A DNA stretch of 64,000 nucleotides from Marsupella aquatica (GCA_973895155.1 OZ316891.1:11037875-11101874), one strand, 5' to 3'; positions 49,616-64,000 are shown, numbered from the stretch's first letter. The notes: generated by a model not told the origin, from the sequence alone. Translations and numbers: made by a program.

Positions 49616-50771
49616 TCAGGTTTTTTTAGTCGATTAGGAACTCCATAGAACTTGCTTCAAGCAAAGCGAACAGCGGATGATTTCCTCTTCGAAGCGGAGC
49701 TATTGAAAGAAGATCGGACTCAATCTTCTCACAAGTGTGGAGCACACAACCAGGGGCTCATTTCAGTGAAGCAATGAAGGCCTGAGGTCAGAAACGGAAA
49801 TAATTATAAGTGACGGTTTTCAATTTACGTTATCGGGCAAGAGATAAGGTCAATTTCTCAGATCAGTCTTTTTGATTGTTCTATCGGGACTTGAAACTGA
49901 GATACGCTTAAGCGCCTTGTCTTTCTAGACGTTTCGATATCAACATCGTTGAATTCCGTCAAACGGTTGAGAAGCAATCTTAATTTCAATTCTCGTTTTT
50001 TGAGCTCGAAATTTTGGCTATGGCGGATAACTTAATATCAGTCACTTTCACCGAATTGTTTCTCCCTCATTACTCCACCTTTTTGCGAGTTCTTTATATC
50101 AATCTTGATGCCCTCGAAGTCTAGTTTCTGAATCTGAAATCAGAATTGGATTTTGTCAAAAACTAAGACGGGAATTTGAGTGAATCCCGCGAAGGGTACT
50201 TTCTCCCGCGAGTAGTTGCGACTTCCGCGGACGCGCGAGGAGGTCGAAAACTTCGAGGAGGCCTTTTAGGGCTCGACAGGGCTCGGGCAGGGGGAAGTGC
50301 CCCCTATGAAATCCCCCACAGGGACTATACAAGGGCGGACGGAATTTCCCGAAAAGATTCTTTTCCAAAGGCTTAAATTTTTACCGAAGGTCAAAGATTC
50401 TGAGCGGCAAATAAAATCGAATCAACTTCAACTTTTGGAGAGGCGTACTTGGGGAAGCTAGGCAAGTATTGGTGCGTTCAATTCTGAAAAAGTATACTAG
50501 TGGAATCTTTGGCATAAGAGATTCCCTCGAGGGGTAATTATTTCATCTTTTACCCCCCTCTGGTCGGAGTAAAAATTCTCGGCACTCGAGAGTCCATTTG
50601 ACAAATCGTTTTCAGAACTTGGAGCGTTACCTTGTGGGCTACACATAGGAGTGATCAGTTTCAAAATTCACCAACTTTCAATTTTGGCCTTATTTTCACA
50701 CCCCACTTCTGAGCATTCGACGTTTATTTCTTGTCGGAAGGCAACTCCACACTATATTTGGCATTCCAGCG

Positions 50772-53700
50772 ATGGCGACTACTAGGATTGGAGGTCAAAG
50801 GTTTGAGGTGGAAAAATTTGATGGTCGGATGGACTATACAATGTGGGAACGTAACGTGAGAGATGCACTTAGGGCGATGGGCCTAGGCAAGGTACTAAGA
50901 TCTCAACCCAAGGAGATGGAAGATGATGATTGGCATGATCTCCAGGATCAAGCGATAAGTATTGTTGGCATGTACCTGAAAAACAATGTGAAGAAGCAGT
51001 TCGAGGAAAAAACAACACAAATGGTGACGGACTTGTTTCAAGCATTGCACAACAAGTACTACAAGAAGGAGATATCAAACCGAATGTATGCAAGCCTGAA
51101 GCTCATGCAATTCAAAATGGTTGATGGAGTCAAGATTCAAGATCATATTGATCAGTTCAATGATCTTGTGGTTGACCTAGAGAATTTGGGGGAGCATTTG
51201 AGCGAAGAAAAGAAAGCCTTACAACTCTTGAGCTCACTACCACCTTCGTACCAATCTTTGTCTCGAGTTCTTCTATTCCGTGATAAGATAACTATATCCT
51301 ACAATGATGTGGTGAGTGTCCTGTTGACCGATGACATGCAGTCTAAGTTGGTCTCTTCAACTCATCCTACCTCAACCTCATCATCAACAGCACTGTTGGT
51401 AGAAAGAGGCAAATCAAGGGAGCCATCTCATGAAAACAAAAGGTTTAACCCACTTCCCATGGAGCGAGGAAGGTTCCACGACCGATCTTTTGGTAGAAGG
51501 AGGTTTAGATCAAGATCTAGATCTTGATCCAAATCACCATCCAAGTCTACTCGTGAGATAAAGTGTTGGAAGTGTGACAAAGTGGGCCACATGAAGAAGG
51601 ATTGTCGCGTCAAAGACACATTCAAGGAAGTTGCCGGTTCTTCAACCCAAGTAGTTGTTCGAGAAGAGGATAGTGAAGGATTTGCATTGTGTACCACTTC
51701 CCAAGTTGAGGATTGTCAATGGATCTTGGATTCCGCTTGCTCGTATCACATGTGCTATATGCGTGAACTTTTCTCATCCTACACTCCTATCCACGGATCT
51801 GTTTTGATGGGAAATAATCATTCTTGCAAAGTTTTAGGGATTGGATCCGTAAAGATTCAACTACCCGGTGACAAGTACTGTACTCTATCAAATGTCAGAC
51901 ACATTCCAGAAATGTGTAAGAATTTGATTTCTCTTGGCTACTTGGATGCGAAGGGTTATCAATGGAGTGCAACTGATGGGGTGTTAACAGTCACGCATGG
52001 ATCAACTGAAGTTCTTATTGGCAAGAGGAAAAAAAACATCTATGTCTTGGAAGGCACCACACTTCTTGCCGAAGTCAATTTGATCACATCTCAGGAGGAG
52101 GAAATCAATTTATGGCATGCTCGGCTTGGTCACATGAGTGAAAAAATTTTGGAAATCTTACACAAGCGACATCTCCTACCAGGATTGCAAGCATGCAAGT
52201 TGAGTTTTTGTGATCATTGCATTGTTGGCAAGAAAACAAGAACTCCATTTCCGACTGCCATTCATCATTCTAAAGTTGTACTTGAGTATATTCATTCCGA
52301 TGTGTGGGGTCCTGCTCTAGTTTCCTCACATTCAGGCAAACAATACTATGTATCATTTATCGATGATTACCCAAGGTTTGTTTGGATTTATTTCATTGCC
52401 CATAAGTTTGAAGTGCTTTCCATCTTCAAACAATGGGTAGCTCAAGTTGAGACACAGACTGCAAAGAATGTGAGATATCTACGATCAGATAATGGTGGTG
52501 AATACACCTCTGGCGAGTTCAACACGTATTGTGCAAATAAGGGAATTACTCACCATCTCACAACTGTGTACACTCCTGAGCAAAATGGTGTTGCTGAGCG
52601 ACTCAACCGCACATTGTTGGAGCGAGCAAGGAGCATGTTGAGCCACTCTAAATTGCCACAAATCTTTTGGGCGGAAGCTGTCAACATAGCTGCTTATCTC
52701 GTAAATCTCTCTCCTAGTCGGAAAATTACTTACAAAACCCCCTTTGAGCTATGGCACAATCGACCTGCTGATTATTCAAAGCTTAAGGTTTTTGGCTGTG
52801 AAGCATATGCACATGTTCCTAGCAACAATAGGACTAAGCTAGATCCTAGAGCCCAGAAATGCATTTTTCTTGGTTTTCAGCGTGACGTTAAAGGATATCG
52901 ATTGTGGGATCCAGTTGATTGCAAGTTACTTGTTAGTCGGGATGTATCCTTCAATGAAGACAAATCATTGAAGGAGGGGGAGATAGATCAATTCCCTACT
53001 ACTAACAAAGTGCAATCTCTTCCTCTAGAGGATTTAAGAGGAAAGGATGTGTCAGATAACGAATATGTTGACACCACTGTAAGGCAAAGCACACTACAAT
53101 CAGATCAGCCAGAGTCTTCAGTGCGAAGAGGAACTCGCAAACATCAAGCCCGGGAAAGGTATGGAACTTGGCTTCCTTCTGATCAAGTGGATTTGGATGA
53201 AGAATCTATTGATGCATTGGTGACAGAAGATGGAGATCCATCCTCATTTTGAGAGGTCCTAGTTTCTATGGAGAAGTAACAATGGCAGGCGGCGATGCGC
53301 ATGGAAATGGAAATCACTTCATGATAACAAGACTTGGGAACTCACAAGTCTACCTAGTGACAAGCAGGCCGTTGACAGCAAGTGGCTGTATAGGAAGAAA
53401 GATGGACCCACTGAGGATGCTGAGAAGATATTTAAGGCTCGGTTGGTAGCCAAGGGTTTTACTCAACAGAAAGGTATAGACTACAATGAGGTTTTTTCAC
53501 CCGTAGCAAAGTATTCAACAATACGTTTGCTATGTGCTCTTGTAGTTTTATTTGATCTGGTTTTAGATCAAATGGATGTTGTCACGACATTCTTATATGG
53601 ATCGTTGGATGAGGTGATTTACGTGAGGTAACCAGAGGGTTTTGTGCAAAAGGGCAAGGAAAATTTGGTATGTAGGTTGCTAAAATCCTTGTATAGATTA

Positions 53701-54807
53701 AAGCAGAGCCCAAGGCAATGGAACAAGCGTTTTGATGAATTTTTGAAATCGCTTGGATTTATGCGAAGCGTGTACGATCCATGTGTTTACATAAGGCGTG
53801 TGAACAACACAGGTTTTAAGCTTGTCATCCTTGTACTTTATGTGGATGACATGCTCATTGCAGCACAGGATAGGGTCGAAGTTGATAAGCTTAAGGCCCA
53901 ACTCAGTTCTGAGTTTAAGATGAAGGATTTGGGCACAGCCAAGAGGATCCTAGGCATGAAGATTGTCAGGGATGTTAACAAAGCCAAACTTTGGCTGACG
54001 CAGAAAAGATATGTAGAGAAGGTACTCTCAAAATTCAACATGGCAGATGCTAAGGCTGTGAGTGTTCCTTTGGCAAGGCATTTCAATATTTCTGCAGCAT
54101 TTTGTCCATTAGATGCGACAGAAAAAAGTTTGATGTCCAAAGTTCCTTATGAAAGTGCTGTGGGTAGTTTAATGTATCTCATGGTATGCACCCAACTAGA
54201 CATAGCTTATGCCGTTAGCAAGGTAAGCAGATACATGGCAAATCCAGGAAAAGTTCATTGGGAAGCAGTGAAATGGATTTTGCGCTACATCAGAGGTTCC
54301 ACTAAGAAGGGTTTATTGTTTGATGCAAGTTCAAACAATATGAAAGTGCTTCAAGGTTATGTGGATGCAGACTATGCAGGTGATCTGGATAAGAGGAGAT
54401 TGACAACTGGATATGTATTTACACTTGCTGGTGGATGCATTAGTTGGAAGTCTAGTCTCCAAAAGTGTGTTGCAAAGTCTACTATGGATGCCGAATATGT
54501 AGCAGCAGCAGAAGCAGCATCAGAGACCATTTGGTTGAAAAAGCTTGTCACAGAGATGGGTTTATCACAGGAGTGTGTATATCTTCATTGTGACAGTCAA
54601 AGTGCAATTTACACTGCCAAGAATCAGGTGATTGATGGCAGGGTAAAGCACATTGATGTTCGCTATCATTTCATCCGACAAGCATTATCGGATGATGAAT
54701 TTGAGCTTGTCAAGATTGATGGAAAGCTTAATCCAGCGGATGCTTTTACCAAAGTATTAGACTCCAATAGTTTTTCAAGGCATTATAATTATTTACAAAT
54801 ATTGTAA
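50772..54807 (+). pseudogene. Copia gag-pol copy 2, disrupted by stops and one frameshift
   Basis: VEKFDG..W, CCHC knuckle, WILDS, HSDVWGP, PEQNGVAER, YVDDML, KHIDVRYHFIR. Stops at 51525, 53250, 53277 and 53629; +1 frameshift at ~53310. Confidence 0.95.
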
Positions 54808-55447
54808 ATATAGAGTTAACCAAGAAAATGTCTTTATATGAGTACTCCATCCGATGGCTTATCGGCTACGGCTTAGTTCTAGTTAACCCTTGCATTAGGG
54901 GGAGGGTCTTTTGGCCCTACTGTCTTGAACTTCCCGCGGAGGAACTTGTAAGGAAAAGACAATGTTATGAATCCTCCCAAGACGTGAGTCAAGGGGGAGT
55001 TTGTAGAGGTTAACTCAGTCTTGGGTTGAACTATGGTTAGTATGTTAACTAGGGTTAGAGTAAACCCTAGTTGAAGGGTTGGTCCTTATCTCTTCAACTT
55101 CTATGTGGTGTGAGAACAAACAAGAGAGTTCTCAAGAGAGAACCAGGGATATAGCAAGAGAGGAGAGCTTGAAGAGATGAGAACTATGGTGATGCTTGAG
55201 TAGACACATAACCGTTAATAAAGTTTGGTCTTCCCGTGGACGTAGCCAACCTTGAGGCGAACCACATAACTATTGAGCACGTGTATGTTTGGAGTGTTTT
55301 TCTTGATCTGATTTCTCCCCACACGCACCAACATTATTTTGCCCTGAAATTCAAAAGCTGACCCATCCAACAGAGGATAGACTAAGACTATCAACTCTGG
55401 AGCATGACCTCTACAGGATAGCCCACAAGGGGGTCATACCCACGTAC

Positions 55448-55449
<2 letters not shown>

Positions 55450-55510
<61 letters not shown>
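55450..55510. repeat. (GA)n microsatellite
   Basis: About 30 GA units. Confidence 0.95.
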
Positions 55511-55515
<5 letters not shown>

Positions 55516-55675
55516 AGCCTTATAGAGGACTGAGGAGAAACCAGGACACCCACAACTACATCCCACCCACACACACACTCACCCTCCACAACCCTTGCAT
55601 GTGGAGGAGGATTGAACCTGGGACCTCTTGGTTCTAGGTTCTTTTCCTGGCCAACTGACCAAAGCCAGCTGGTTG
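55511..55675 (-). mobile_element. Possible tRNA-derived SINE-like element
   Basis: The minus strand has an A-box-like tggtcagttgg and a B-box-like ggttcaatcc at tRNA-like spacing, running toward a (TC)n tract. No TSD found. Confidence 0.4.
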
Positions 55676-55779
55676 TCGGCAATAGCATTTGGTTTGTGCA
55701 ATGTGCCGGTGCCCTTCAGAAAACTACTGAATTCAAAAATTTGATGATGTTAAGTTAGCCAGCAAGAGAGTGTTGTGAC

Positions 55780-56124
55780 TGTTGAGCATAGACGACATTC
55801 GCAACGGCAAGCCCATGAAACATCCAACGCACAAGAGTCGACACAGAGAGATACGTGGTTCACCTCCACATGAGGCTACGTCCACGGGAACACACAAGAG
55901 CTTTACTGCACTCTAGGCCGACTGGCCATACCAAGCATCCACAACGCAAGCTCTCTCTATCTCTCAACTAGCTCCGTAACAATGAGCCTAAGTTCCACTA
56001 GGGTCTGGCATCAGCCCCTGGCTATATGCACAACAACACTACCCCTAACATTAGCTAAGTCCTAACTCGCGTTAGACTAACTGCGGTTAGCTCATGAGTC
56101 ACAAGACTAGAGCAATATCTAACA
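55780..56124 (-). mobile_element. Solo LTR (Copia-type), TSD GTGAC
   Basis: TG..CA ends; GTGAC at 55775-55779 and 56125-56129. Confidence 0.9.
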
Positions 56125-57536
56125 GTGACCCTCTCAAACCATAAACATTCTAGGTCAAGGTTGTCCAAAAGTTGAGTTCTGGTTGGGGTGGTCATGGACT
56201 CAAGTTTCTTGCAGCAGGTGACCAAATAACAATGGCAAACAACAAGATTGAGATACCCTACTATATAGTACATAGCTTCTAGGCACCTTGATGTAAAAGC
56301 TTACTTATCAGTGTATCCATGCTTATCTGACGGCGATCCTTTATCTAAGGGCCCAGATCTAATGGTCAGAAATTAACTAGGAAAATTTGATAAGGAATAT
56401 TCTTACCATGTTCTTCTTTACAGAAGATGACATTTGCCACCATTGAAAAAAAAAAATCCTTAAAAATGACACTGCCAAAGAGCAATGTGTGCCAAACCAC
56501 GATACAAGATCCCAGACCCAGGTTGCACCTCAAACCTTCTTTTCCGCAAAGGGTTCGCGCAGCTGTAATGCTGCAGGGAAAATAGAAAAATGTGTCATTC
56601 CTGAAAAGTACTACAGCCGCTAACTTGGGCAGTCAGTGCACTAGCATCCGCATTAAAAATTGGTCTATGCTTTTGCATTGGCACCCTTCAGGAAAATGAC
56701 TGCATGAATTTTAAAAGTTGGTGATGTTGAGTTAACCCATGGGCGATTGTTGTGAGCCGTGTCAAACCAAAAATCCCCTGGGTTTTACTTTCTCTGGGAT
56801 TTTCCCAGAAATAGGATTTTGGTTAGGGATGTGGGCAGAAATTTCCTGCAAGGGCTGACCAGGAAAAAATGGGGAACAATTGGTTTGAAACCCCCTTATA
56901 TATAAAGGGAATAACACACAAAAAAACGGGATAACACAAAGTACCAACCCCAGGAGGACATACTTGCTCTTCCAAATAGAATTGTTTGCCTTGAAGCCTT
57001 GTTTGGTGTTAGGTGAGGTAATTTCTTGTGAAGTTGCTGCTTGGATGGCCCACCTCTATATACACTTTGATCAAAGATATAAAATGTACTGCAACCAACA
57101 AAAGGAGCCATGCAGGACACAAGATATATCCTTTAGGGAAGAAACCTAATGAAGGGGACGGAGGAGGGACGGAGGGAACAAAGAAAAACTCTGGGAAGAC
57201 CTTGGAGTCAAATAGCCCTAGTCCCATACAACGTAACAGGCAAAGAACAAGTATTACATTAGAGCCAGACTGAGCAACAAACTGTAAAGCCTTTGAATTG
57301 AACAAACAATTTATGCCTCCACCTTCTCAACATAGTTCCTACTAACCATAGCTATCCTATCTTGGAATTAGGTTTGAGTGCCCACTACTTGGAGTCACTT
57401 GATTCACTAAACAAGGTGGTCCCCCTTGTAGTACCCAATATATTCCTACCAAAACACTACACAAGAGCTACCTCCCTTGAAATGCCATTTGAGGTCCCAC
57501 TACTTGGATTCACTTCATTCAATAAACCAGGGGGTC

Positions 57537-57849
57537 TGTTGGGGATAATCCTTATCGTGAGACACCATGCACATGTAAACACCATTCAAAGTAGTCGACA
57601 CAGCGAGTACGTGGTTCACCTCCGGCACGACTGAGGCTACGTCCACAGGAAAGCGAGAGACCTTTACTTCTCTCTTGCTCCACTCCAACAATGAACTGAA
57701 GATCCACCAGGGCTGGGGCTGGCATCAGCGAGGGCATCAGCCCTGGTTATATACAACATGCATCACTGCTAACCTAAGCTAAGTCTTAACCTGAGTTAGC
57801 CTAACTGCGGTTAGCCCTAAAGTCACAAGACTAAGAGCAATACTCAACA
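57537..57849 (-). mobile_element. Solo LTR (related family), TSD GGGTC
   Basis: TG..CA ends; GGGTC at 57532-57536 and 57850-57854; right-hand part similar to 55780-56124. It is inserted into a diverged ~120-bp tandem repeat. Confidence 0.9.
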
Positions 57850-60800
57850 GGGTCCCCCTTTTAGTACTCAATATATTTCCTATCCAAACACCTTACGAGA
57901 GCTACCCTACCTTGAAATGCCAACTCAGGTCCCACTACTTGAATTCCTTTTAAATACCAAACAAGGGGATTTCTCTCTTAGTACTGTAACATGATCAATG
58001 ATAAAAACTGTTGGACTGTGACCAAAATAGATAATTTAGTATTGTTTCTAAAGAGCCTAACATGGGGCCTAACATTGTCAGATTCTGTCAAGTATTAAAG
58101 AGCTCCCAAATCTTCGAATGGTTCCTCGAATGGTTCAATTCTCTCTGTGTGAAAAATCTAATTGTGTTGCTAGAAAATAACAATTTCAAATTATTTACTC
58201 ATCTTGCAATAAAATCTTTCAATAAAAAAGGTTTTGAAAAAACTTTCAATCAACCTAACAATTTTAAGATTTTGTCAAGTACAAAGGATATCATATGAAT
58301 TTTTGCATTTCTCTAGCTTTCCAATGAACAAACACTGACAAATATTGTCAAGTACTCCATCATGAGTGTCTGAATTTCTCTAGTCTTCAACAAGCATTAT
58401 GAGTAAAACGCTAATATATCATTGACAAGCCATCCAATGAGTAGTTTTGTTCTATCCTGCTCCCGATCCTGCTATTTGTTATCCTAAAATTTACTTAATT
58501 TCTTGATATTCTTTCAGTTATTAGGTCTAGTTATTTTTCCTTGCCTCACATCAAACACAAATATATAGTTGTGTTTGTTTCTTCTTGAAAACTACCATCA
58601 TAGTTCTTGTTTGTGATTGAATGTGATCATGTGGTTGCACGTGTTGCTAGGGATTTATATAGTACACTGCCAAAAAGACAGGAACACCAAACCGGGAGAC
58701 ATGGTCCCTAAGACAAAAGAACCCAAAAAAGGGGGGGAGTAAAAGACCCCAAGAAGACCAAAGAGGCCCAACAAGTCAAGGAGTAACCCAGAAAAACCAA
58801 AAGACTAAGAAACAAACAACAAACAGAAACCCCTATTGGGAAGTAAACTGAAAAACCTGGTAGAGCTCTCCATGGAAATCCCTAAAATCAACAGATTGTG
58901 ACTATTATAAATATTATTAATTTCTTCATTTAGAGTGGGTGACCTATCTTTGAATGTAAATAGAGGTGAGTACATTGAAGCCCATTGTTCCATATCAAAG
59001 ATTCATCTTTCATCAATCTCACATTTCTACTTACACCCGGTAGTAGTCTAGAGGGAGGTATTCTATAATGTGAACAAACAGGAATTTTGTTAGCGAGGGG
59101 AGTATTGTTAGCAAGACACTTGTGGTTTTAAATTTCTTTTGCTTTTTGTTGCCTTTTTAATTTTGCGTGTGTTTTTTATGACTCCAGATGGCTAGCAAAA
59201 AGAGGAGTCCCCAAAATGGATGTTATCAACCAGGTTACTCGAGGCAATGGCATATAGAAAAATTAGGAGTCATGTGAGGAAATTTTTTGCTCATGCGAGG
59301 AAAGTTTCTACTGTTTCCGCGAGGAACACTACAATGATCCGTCTAGAGGCTTCACTTACACCCCACTTCAGTTAAACCCCATGGTAATCGTCTAGAGGCT
59401 TGAGGCTAGAAAGTAGGGCCTAAGCCCTAAAAGTATAGTCAATCTCTTTGTGAGTGTACACTTTGGGGAAGAAGCATTCATTGTGCACTATCATGAATGC
59501 AAAAAATAGAATGTGCATTTATTGAGAAAACTGTACAGTGCATTGATATGCAATGGACAGTTTGTTAGTTTACATTATTGTGCCATCCTTCCTAAATTGT
59601 ACATCCTGCCCTACACATGAGCCCCTACCTAGCAAGCCCAAGTTTCACTCTAGTATGTAAAATTGACATGCAAAGTGTAAGTCAAAGCAATTGCCCTAAC
59701 CATAGTTTCACAAACACTTATAGAGGATTGCACTTACACCTTTTAGGTTTTGTGCAACCCTATTTGCACCTACAACAATTGCAAGAAACTGCAAAATGGT
59801 TGGGAAACAAAGTGAACGAGAGATTGCACTTATGGAGCGTGCAGTTATCGAGAGACTACTGTAGTTTTCTATGGCAATTATATAGTTAGATTGTGGAATG
59901 GTGCACTATTAGTCCGTTGACTTGTTAACTTTTCAGAATAGAAAGTGCATTTAAGAGATTTCGTGGGCTCATTCCATGATTCCATCCGTCAAGCCTGAAT
60001 CATAAATTCCTAGGACGGAACACTTTAATGACTCTGATTCCGTTGGGCTCGAGATCTGGCATCACGGTCAGGTGCATGAATGAGCCATCAATGTGCCCAA
60101 CTTCTGAGATGCAGTTCTTCTCACTCACTAAAACTCCTGCAGTCCTAGACTCCTGGTGGAGCTGAGCCCTTTCTGATTCCTAACCCATCGTGAGATTAAT
60201 TGCCGGCTGACTTCAATGTGTGCATGGTCGCATAGACAAAGGCGGGAAAGTGCAGCATTATTATTAGAATGGGACGAATTAAATCGATGATTGGTGAATG
60301 TGGTATCGGTTCGAAAGGTGTTCAGCATGATCGGTGTATGTTCTCGGTGATTTGAGTGTGGTGTCGGTTCGAATGGTACTCAGCATCGTCAATCTAGCTT
60401 GTTGAACTTCAATCGCAGTAATGGTTTGTTTGAGGTGAAGTGTTTTTGTGGCTCAGTATCTAAAGGCTGGTCAATTTCAGGGACTATTGGAGCTATTACG
60501 TACCATTCGTTCCCGGCGAACCCTCTAGTGAACCGATCAGTCACGGAATTTGAACCGATCAGTCACGGAATTTGATATGAGCTAGGAAATTAACTGCAGG
60601 CCTATATTACAATCTAATTGATTGATCGAAATGGGTTCGTCGTTCACGAGTTTAATGTCTAGCCGGTCGGTCACTTGTTTGTGAAGCGCGCTGGGCGGAA
60701 AGTAACAACGACGTGATTTAGTTGTGGGAGATTGCTGTACACGGGGTACGCAGATTGGATGTGTGAGTTACACGACACGGAGTCTCTTCTCGTCAGACAC

Positions 60801-62276
60801 ACGGTACGCAGTGGGTACAGTACTTTATCAATTTGTGCAATCTGAGGAGAACGTGGCTTCGCCCTCCTCCTGATTAAGATCCCTCTCAGGTCTACACATA
60901 CAGCGATACATACGGAGAACAATTAATGTACTGGTGGAGAGAGGGGAGGGCATAGACATGTCGGAAGCGAGAGAGGCTTGCCGGAATTGGATCGGAGGTT
61001 GAGATCGACCCAGGTATGTAAGCCATTCCCTCGTAATTGACCCAGGAAGGGTCAGACAAACAAGACTTGATGAGTCACCTATGTTTGCTTGAGGATTGCC
61101 CATTTCCCACCATTGTGCGGCAAATCAACATGTTGAGCTGCTTGTACATGTGAGGGATCGAGGTCGCTTGTCCAGCTCATGAAAGTATGAAAGTAGGTTT
61201 ATGTATCAAGATCAGTCTCCTTTCTGATGGGTAGGATGCAATCTGTAATTGTCCCTCCGATTGTAGGTGCGGTTGCCTGGCCAGTGTACAGATTTCCATT
61301 CCGTTGCTTTTAACTATAATTTGCTAGGATCCAAGTTATCGCGTTTCTTATGGCTGGTTGCTTCAGGCCAGCCACGTCGCAGTGCCACTATTTGGCCAGC
61401 TATGGAACTGTCACGGAAACCACCCGGCAAATGATAAGTTTGGAAAGGGTCCTGGTTGGGTTGTAGATATCATGCAGTTTGAATGCCTCAATTTCAAGGA
61501 ACTGGATAGCTACGGTTGCCAGTGAGGTTGGTGTGCTGCTTCCGATGAGAGGTCAGAGAGTCGGAGTGGTCTGATTAGTTTTTCAGTATGAATTACTCAC
61601 AGCTGACTATAATTTTTCAGTTCACTTGAGCAGCAATGCGCAAGAGTAGCATTTTCTTGGAGTTTTCGCTTTGCATTCCGAAGTATGACAGTCATCACGG
61701 CAATCATCTAACTTTCGTTAGATTAGACTGGCAGCCAGCCCACCACACTATAATTATCGTCAGGAATTGTGACTTCAGAAGTGTGATTGGAGAATTCCTA
61801 CTAATTTGGAAAGAGGAGGCATTCACGTACAATCAACCAAAGAAACGTTGCTCCTTGTCGACGCTTCTGGTGATTTGGTTGGTCATTCGAATGGAACATA
61901 TTTTCGATTCAGAATTCTGCCTCTGATCTCTCCAGAACATCAGCAATTTGTTTCTTTCTCGGACTGTACATTCCTAAGGATTTGCAGTGTGGCACGTCTT
62001 TAGGAGTGTTGAGTACAAAAGAAGACAGTTTGCTGTCTTTGTGAATGGAATTCAAAAAGATCTTTCAAGGCAAATTAAAAGAAAGATCAATTTGATTGAA
62101 AACTAAGTCAGTAACAGTAGCGAGTCAGTAATGCAAGCAAGCAAGGAATCAAGGAGACTAACCCAGCTGATTTGGGCCTGCTCAATATTGGTACCTGCTG
62201 AGAAGATACTCTAATTTCTTATGCCCGAAGAGCTACAAAGCTAAAACCAGGATGTGGACCTGTTGATGACGTGCAG

Positions 62277-64000
62277 CTGAGGAATCGGTTCCACTTCTGA
62301 AGAATGAAGCTCGACACGATGGTGAGGAGGAGGAACACGTGCAGCACAGCAGGGAAGAAGAAAAAGGAGAAGACGATCCGGACCAGTCACCGGTGGAGCA
62401 AGTAGCTCTAACTGTGCCCACCACGGACGACCCAACACTCCCCGTGTGGACATTCCGAGTCTGGACTCTGGGCATAGCGTCATGTGTGGCCATCTCCTTC
62501 CTCAACATGTTCTTCGATTACAGGACCGAGCCCCTCACCCTCACTTCCGTGTCAGCACAAATTGCAACCTTACCCATTGGGCACTTTATGGCTGCGACGC
62601 TGCCTCGGAGCGTGCGTGTGCCCTCTCTGCGGGGCGGCAGAGGCTGGGACATAGAGCTGAACCCGGGTCCGTTCAATGTGAAAGAGCATGTTCTCATCGC
62701 CATCTTCGGCAATGCAGGAGCTGCATTTGGATCCGGTGAAGTGTACGCTGTCAATACCGTGAACACCATCAAAGCATTTTATCATCGCAACATCAGCTTC
62801 TTCGCTTCCTTCGTCCTCGTCGTCACATCACATGTGAGTCCTCCTAATTCAATTCAATTCAATTCAAATTGACGCTAGCCCCTTTCCAAATCAGTTCAAC
62901 TTAACTCTCTCTTCAAAGTTTAGTTGAGCTTGATTGAAATCTCTCTTTAATTTCACTTCAATTTGATTTAATCAACTGCATCTCTGGTCTAAGGTACTGA
63001 CTATGGGCGGTATGGATTAAGGTAGATGGTCCTAGGAAAATAGTCTGATCTGTTCCCTTGCTTTTTGAGCTAGCATTAATTATGTCTTGAGTTTGCTCTG
63101 AGGTCTCTCAAAAGTAAATGCTAGAATCCCTGGCCGATGTTTGGTAGCATGAATTACCGAGTGCCCTATTTTCGTAGCACAAATCATTTCCGTACTTCAC
63201 CATAAACTTTCATTTTAGCTCGTCTGCCTTTTACTTTTTAATTAGTGTAAGGCACTTCGCACTAGTCGTCGCTTTTGCTGGCTTGCGTTGTCGCTCCTTT
63301 CCTGCTGAGTGCATGGCAATGAAAGGAGCTTTGCTTTCGTGAAATTGGTGAACTGTAATCCAGGTACTTGGATATGGATGGGCAGGGCTGTTGCGAAGGT
63401 ATGTAGTAGATCCTGCTCAGATGTGGTGGCCTTCTCAATTGGTGCAGGTCTCGTTGTTCAGGTATGAGTACGTCTACTTCAGAATTTGCAAAGTCCTTTT
63501 TTGGGAATTTCAATGTTTAGACTAGCTTGGTCGTTTCCTCGTCTGCTACTTTTTCTAATCGTCTCCAGCGCTCTGGGAGGCCAACGTTTAGTACAGCCTG
63601 TGTAACAGCAGAATTTTTTCAAACTAAGTGGGACAATAATTTACTGAGTGTTATGTTTAAGAGGGCTTTGGGACAAATGAATGGAATGGCTTTGGGACAC
63701 TTGCAGGACTCTTCATGAGAAGGAACCGGTGAAGGGCCTCACTCGCAGTCAGTTCTTCATCATCGCTGTGGCTGTATCCTTTGCTTACTATCTACTGCCG
63801 GGCTACTTGTTTAAAGTGGTGACATGCATTTCGTGGGTATGCTGGTTATGGCCGCACTCTGTCACTGCTCAGCAACTGGGCTCAGGCCTGAGAGGCCTTG
63901 GAGTTGGGGCCATCAGCTTGGACTGGGCAGGAATGGCTGCATACTTTGGGAGTCCTCTGGTATCACCTTGGATGAGTATCGTGAACACGGCAGCAGGGGC
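62277..64000 (+). CDS. OPT: Oligopeptide transporter (OPT family); runs off the right edge, first exon not located
   Basis: Exon 62277-62833: [41 protein letters not shown]. Exon 63364-63461: [13 protein letters not shown]. Exon from 63707: [21 protein letters not shown]. Confidence 0.95.

Larger units (their letters stand above)
49280..55323 (+). mobile_element. Full-length Ty1/Copia retrotransposon copy 2, TSD CGCAC
   Basis: 322-bp LTRs at 49280-49601 and 55002-55323 (about 7 mismatches by eye), PBS tggtatcagagc, PPT aagggggag, and CGCAC at 49275-49279 and 55324-55328. Confidence 0.98.

Noticed and set aside
60958-61014. Candidate first coding exon of the OPT gene
   Set aside because: It has a good GT donor, but the ATG frame hits a stop and does not match the phase of the 62277 exon. 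It may be a 5' UTR exon.

Overview
Eukaryotic land-plant DNA (probably a non-seed plant; this is inference) dominated by nested transposons. 1-~14.2 kb, minus strand: a CACTA/EnSpm transposase pair (TnpD/Tnp2 and TnpA-like). Upstream of it, co-oriented, lie three intronless ORFs encoding chromatin-reader-type modules: tandem BRCT, an intact stand-alone EDM2-type PHD cluster, and a Cys/His finger. A captured RPL18a last exon also lies in this region. 14.2-23.2 kb: a Gypsy-accessory-like coiled-coil ORF joined directly to a 5'-truncated L1-type LINE. 23.3-28.5 kb: a decayed P-element-superfamily-like transposase gene of about 1,450 codons with zinc fingers and one intron. It ends in a hairpin-rich C8 terminus that abuts a Copia copy lacking its 5' LTR. 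Further right are two copies of one Copia family (one full length, TSD CGCAC), several solo LTRs with TSDs, and a Bianca-like non-autonomous element with short LTRs. A ~110-bp tandem array abuts an intact AIG2-like gene, and an OPT oligopeptide transporter gene runs off the right edge. The best candidate novel system is the transposon-linked chromatin-reader cassette, possibly part of one giant composite element that also holds the P-like transposase. All family assignments come from motif recognition by eye; no searches were run.
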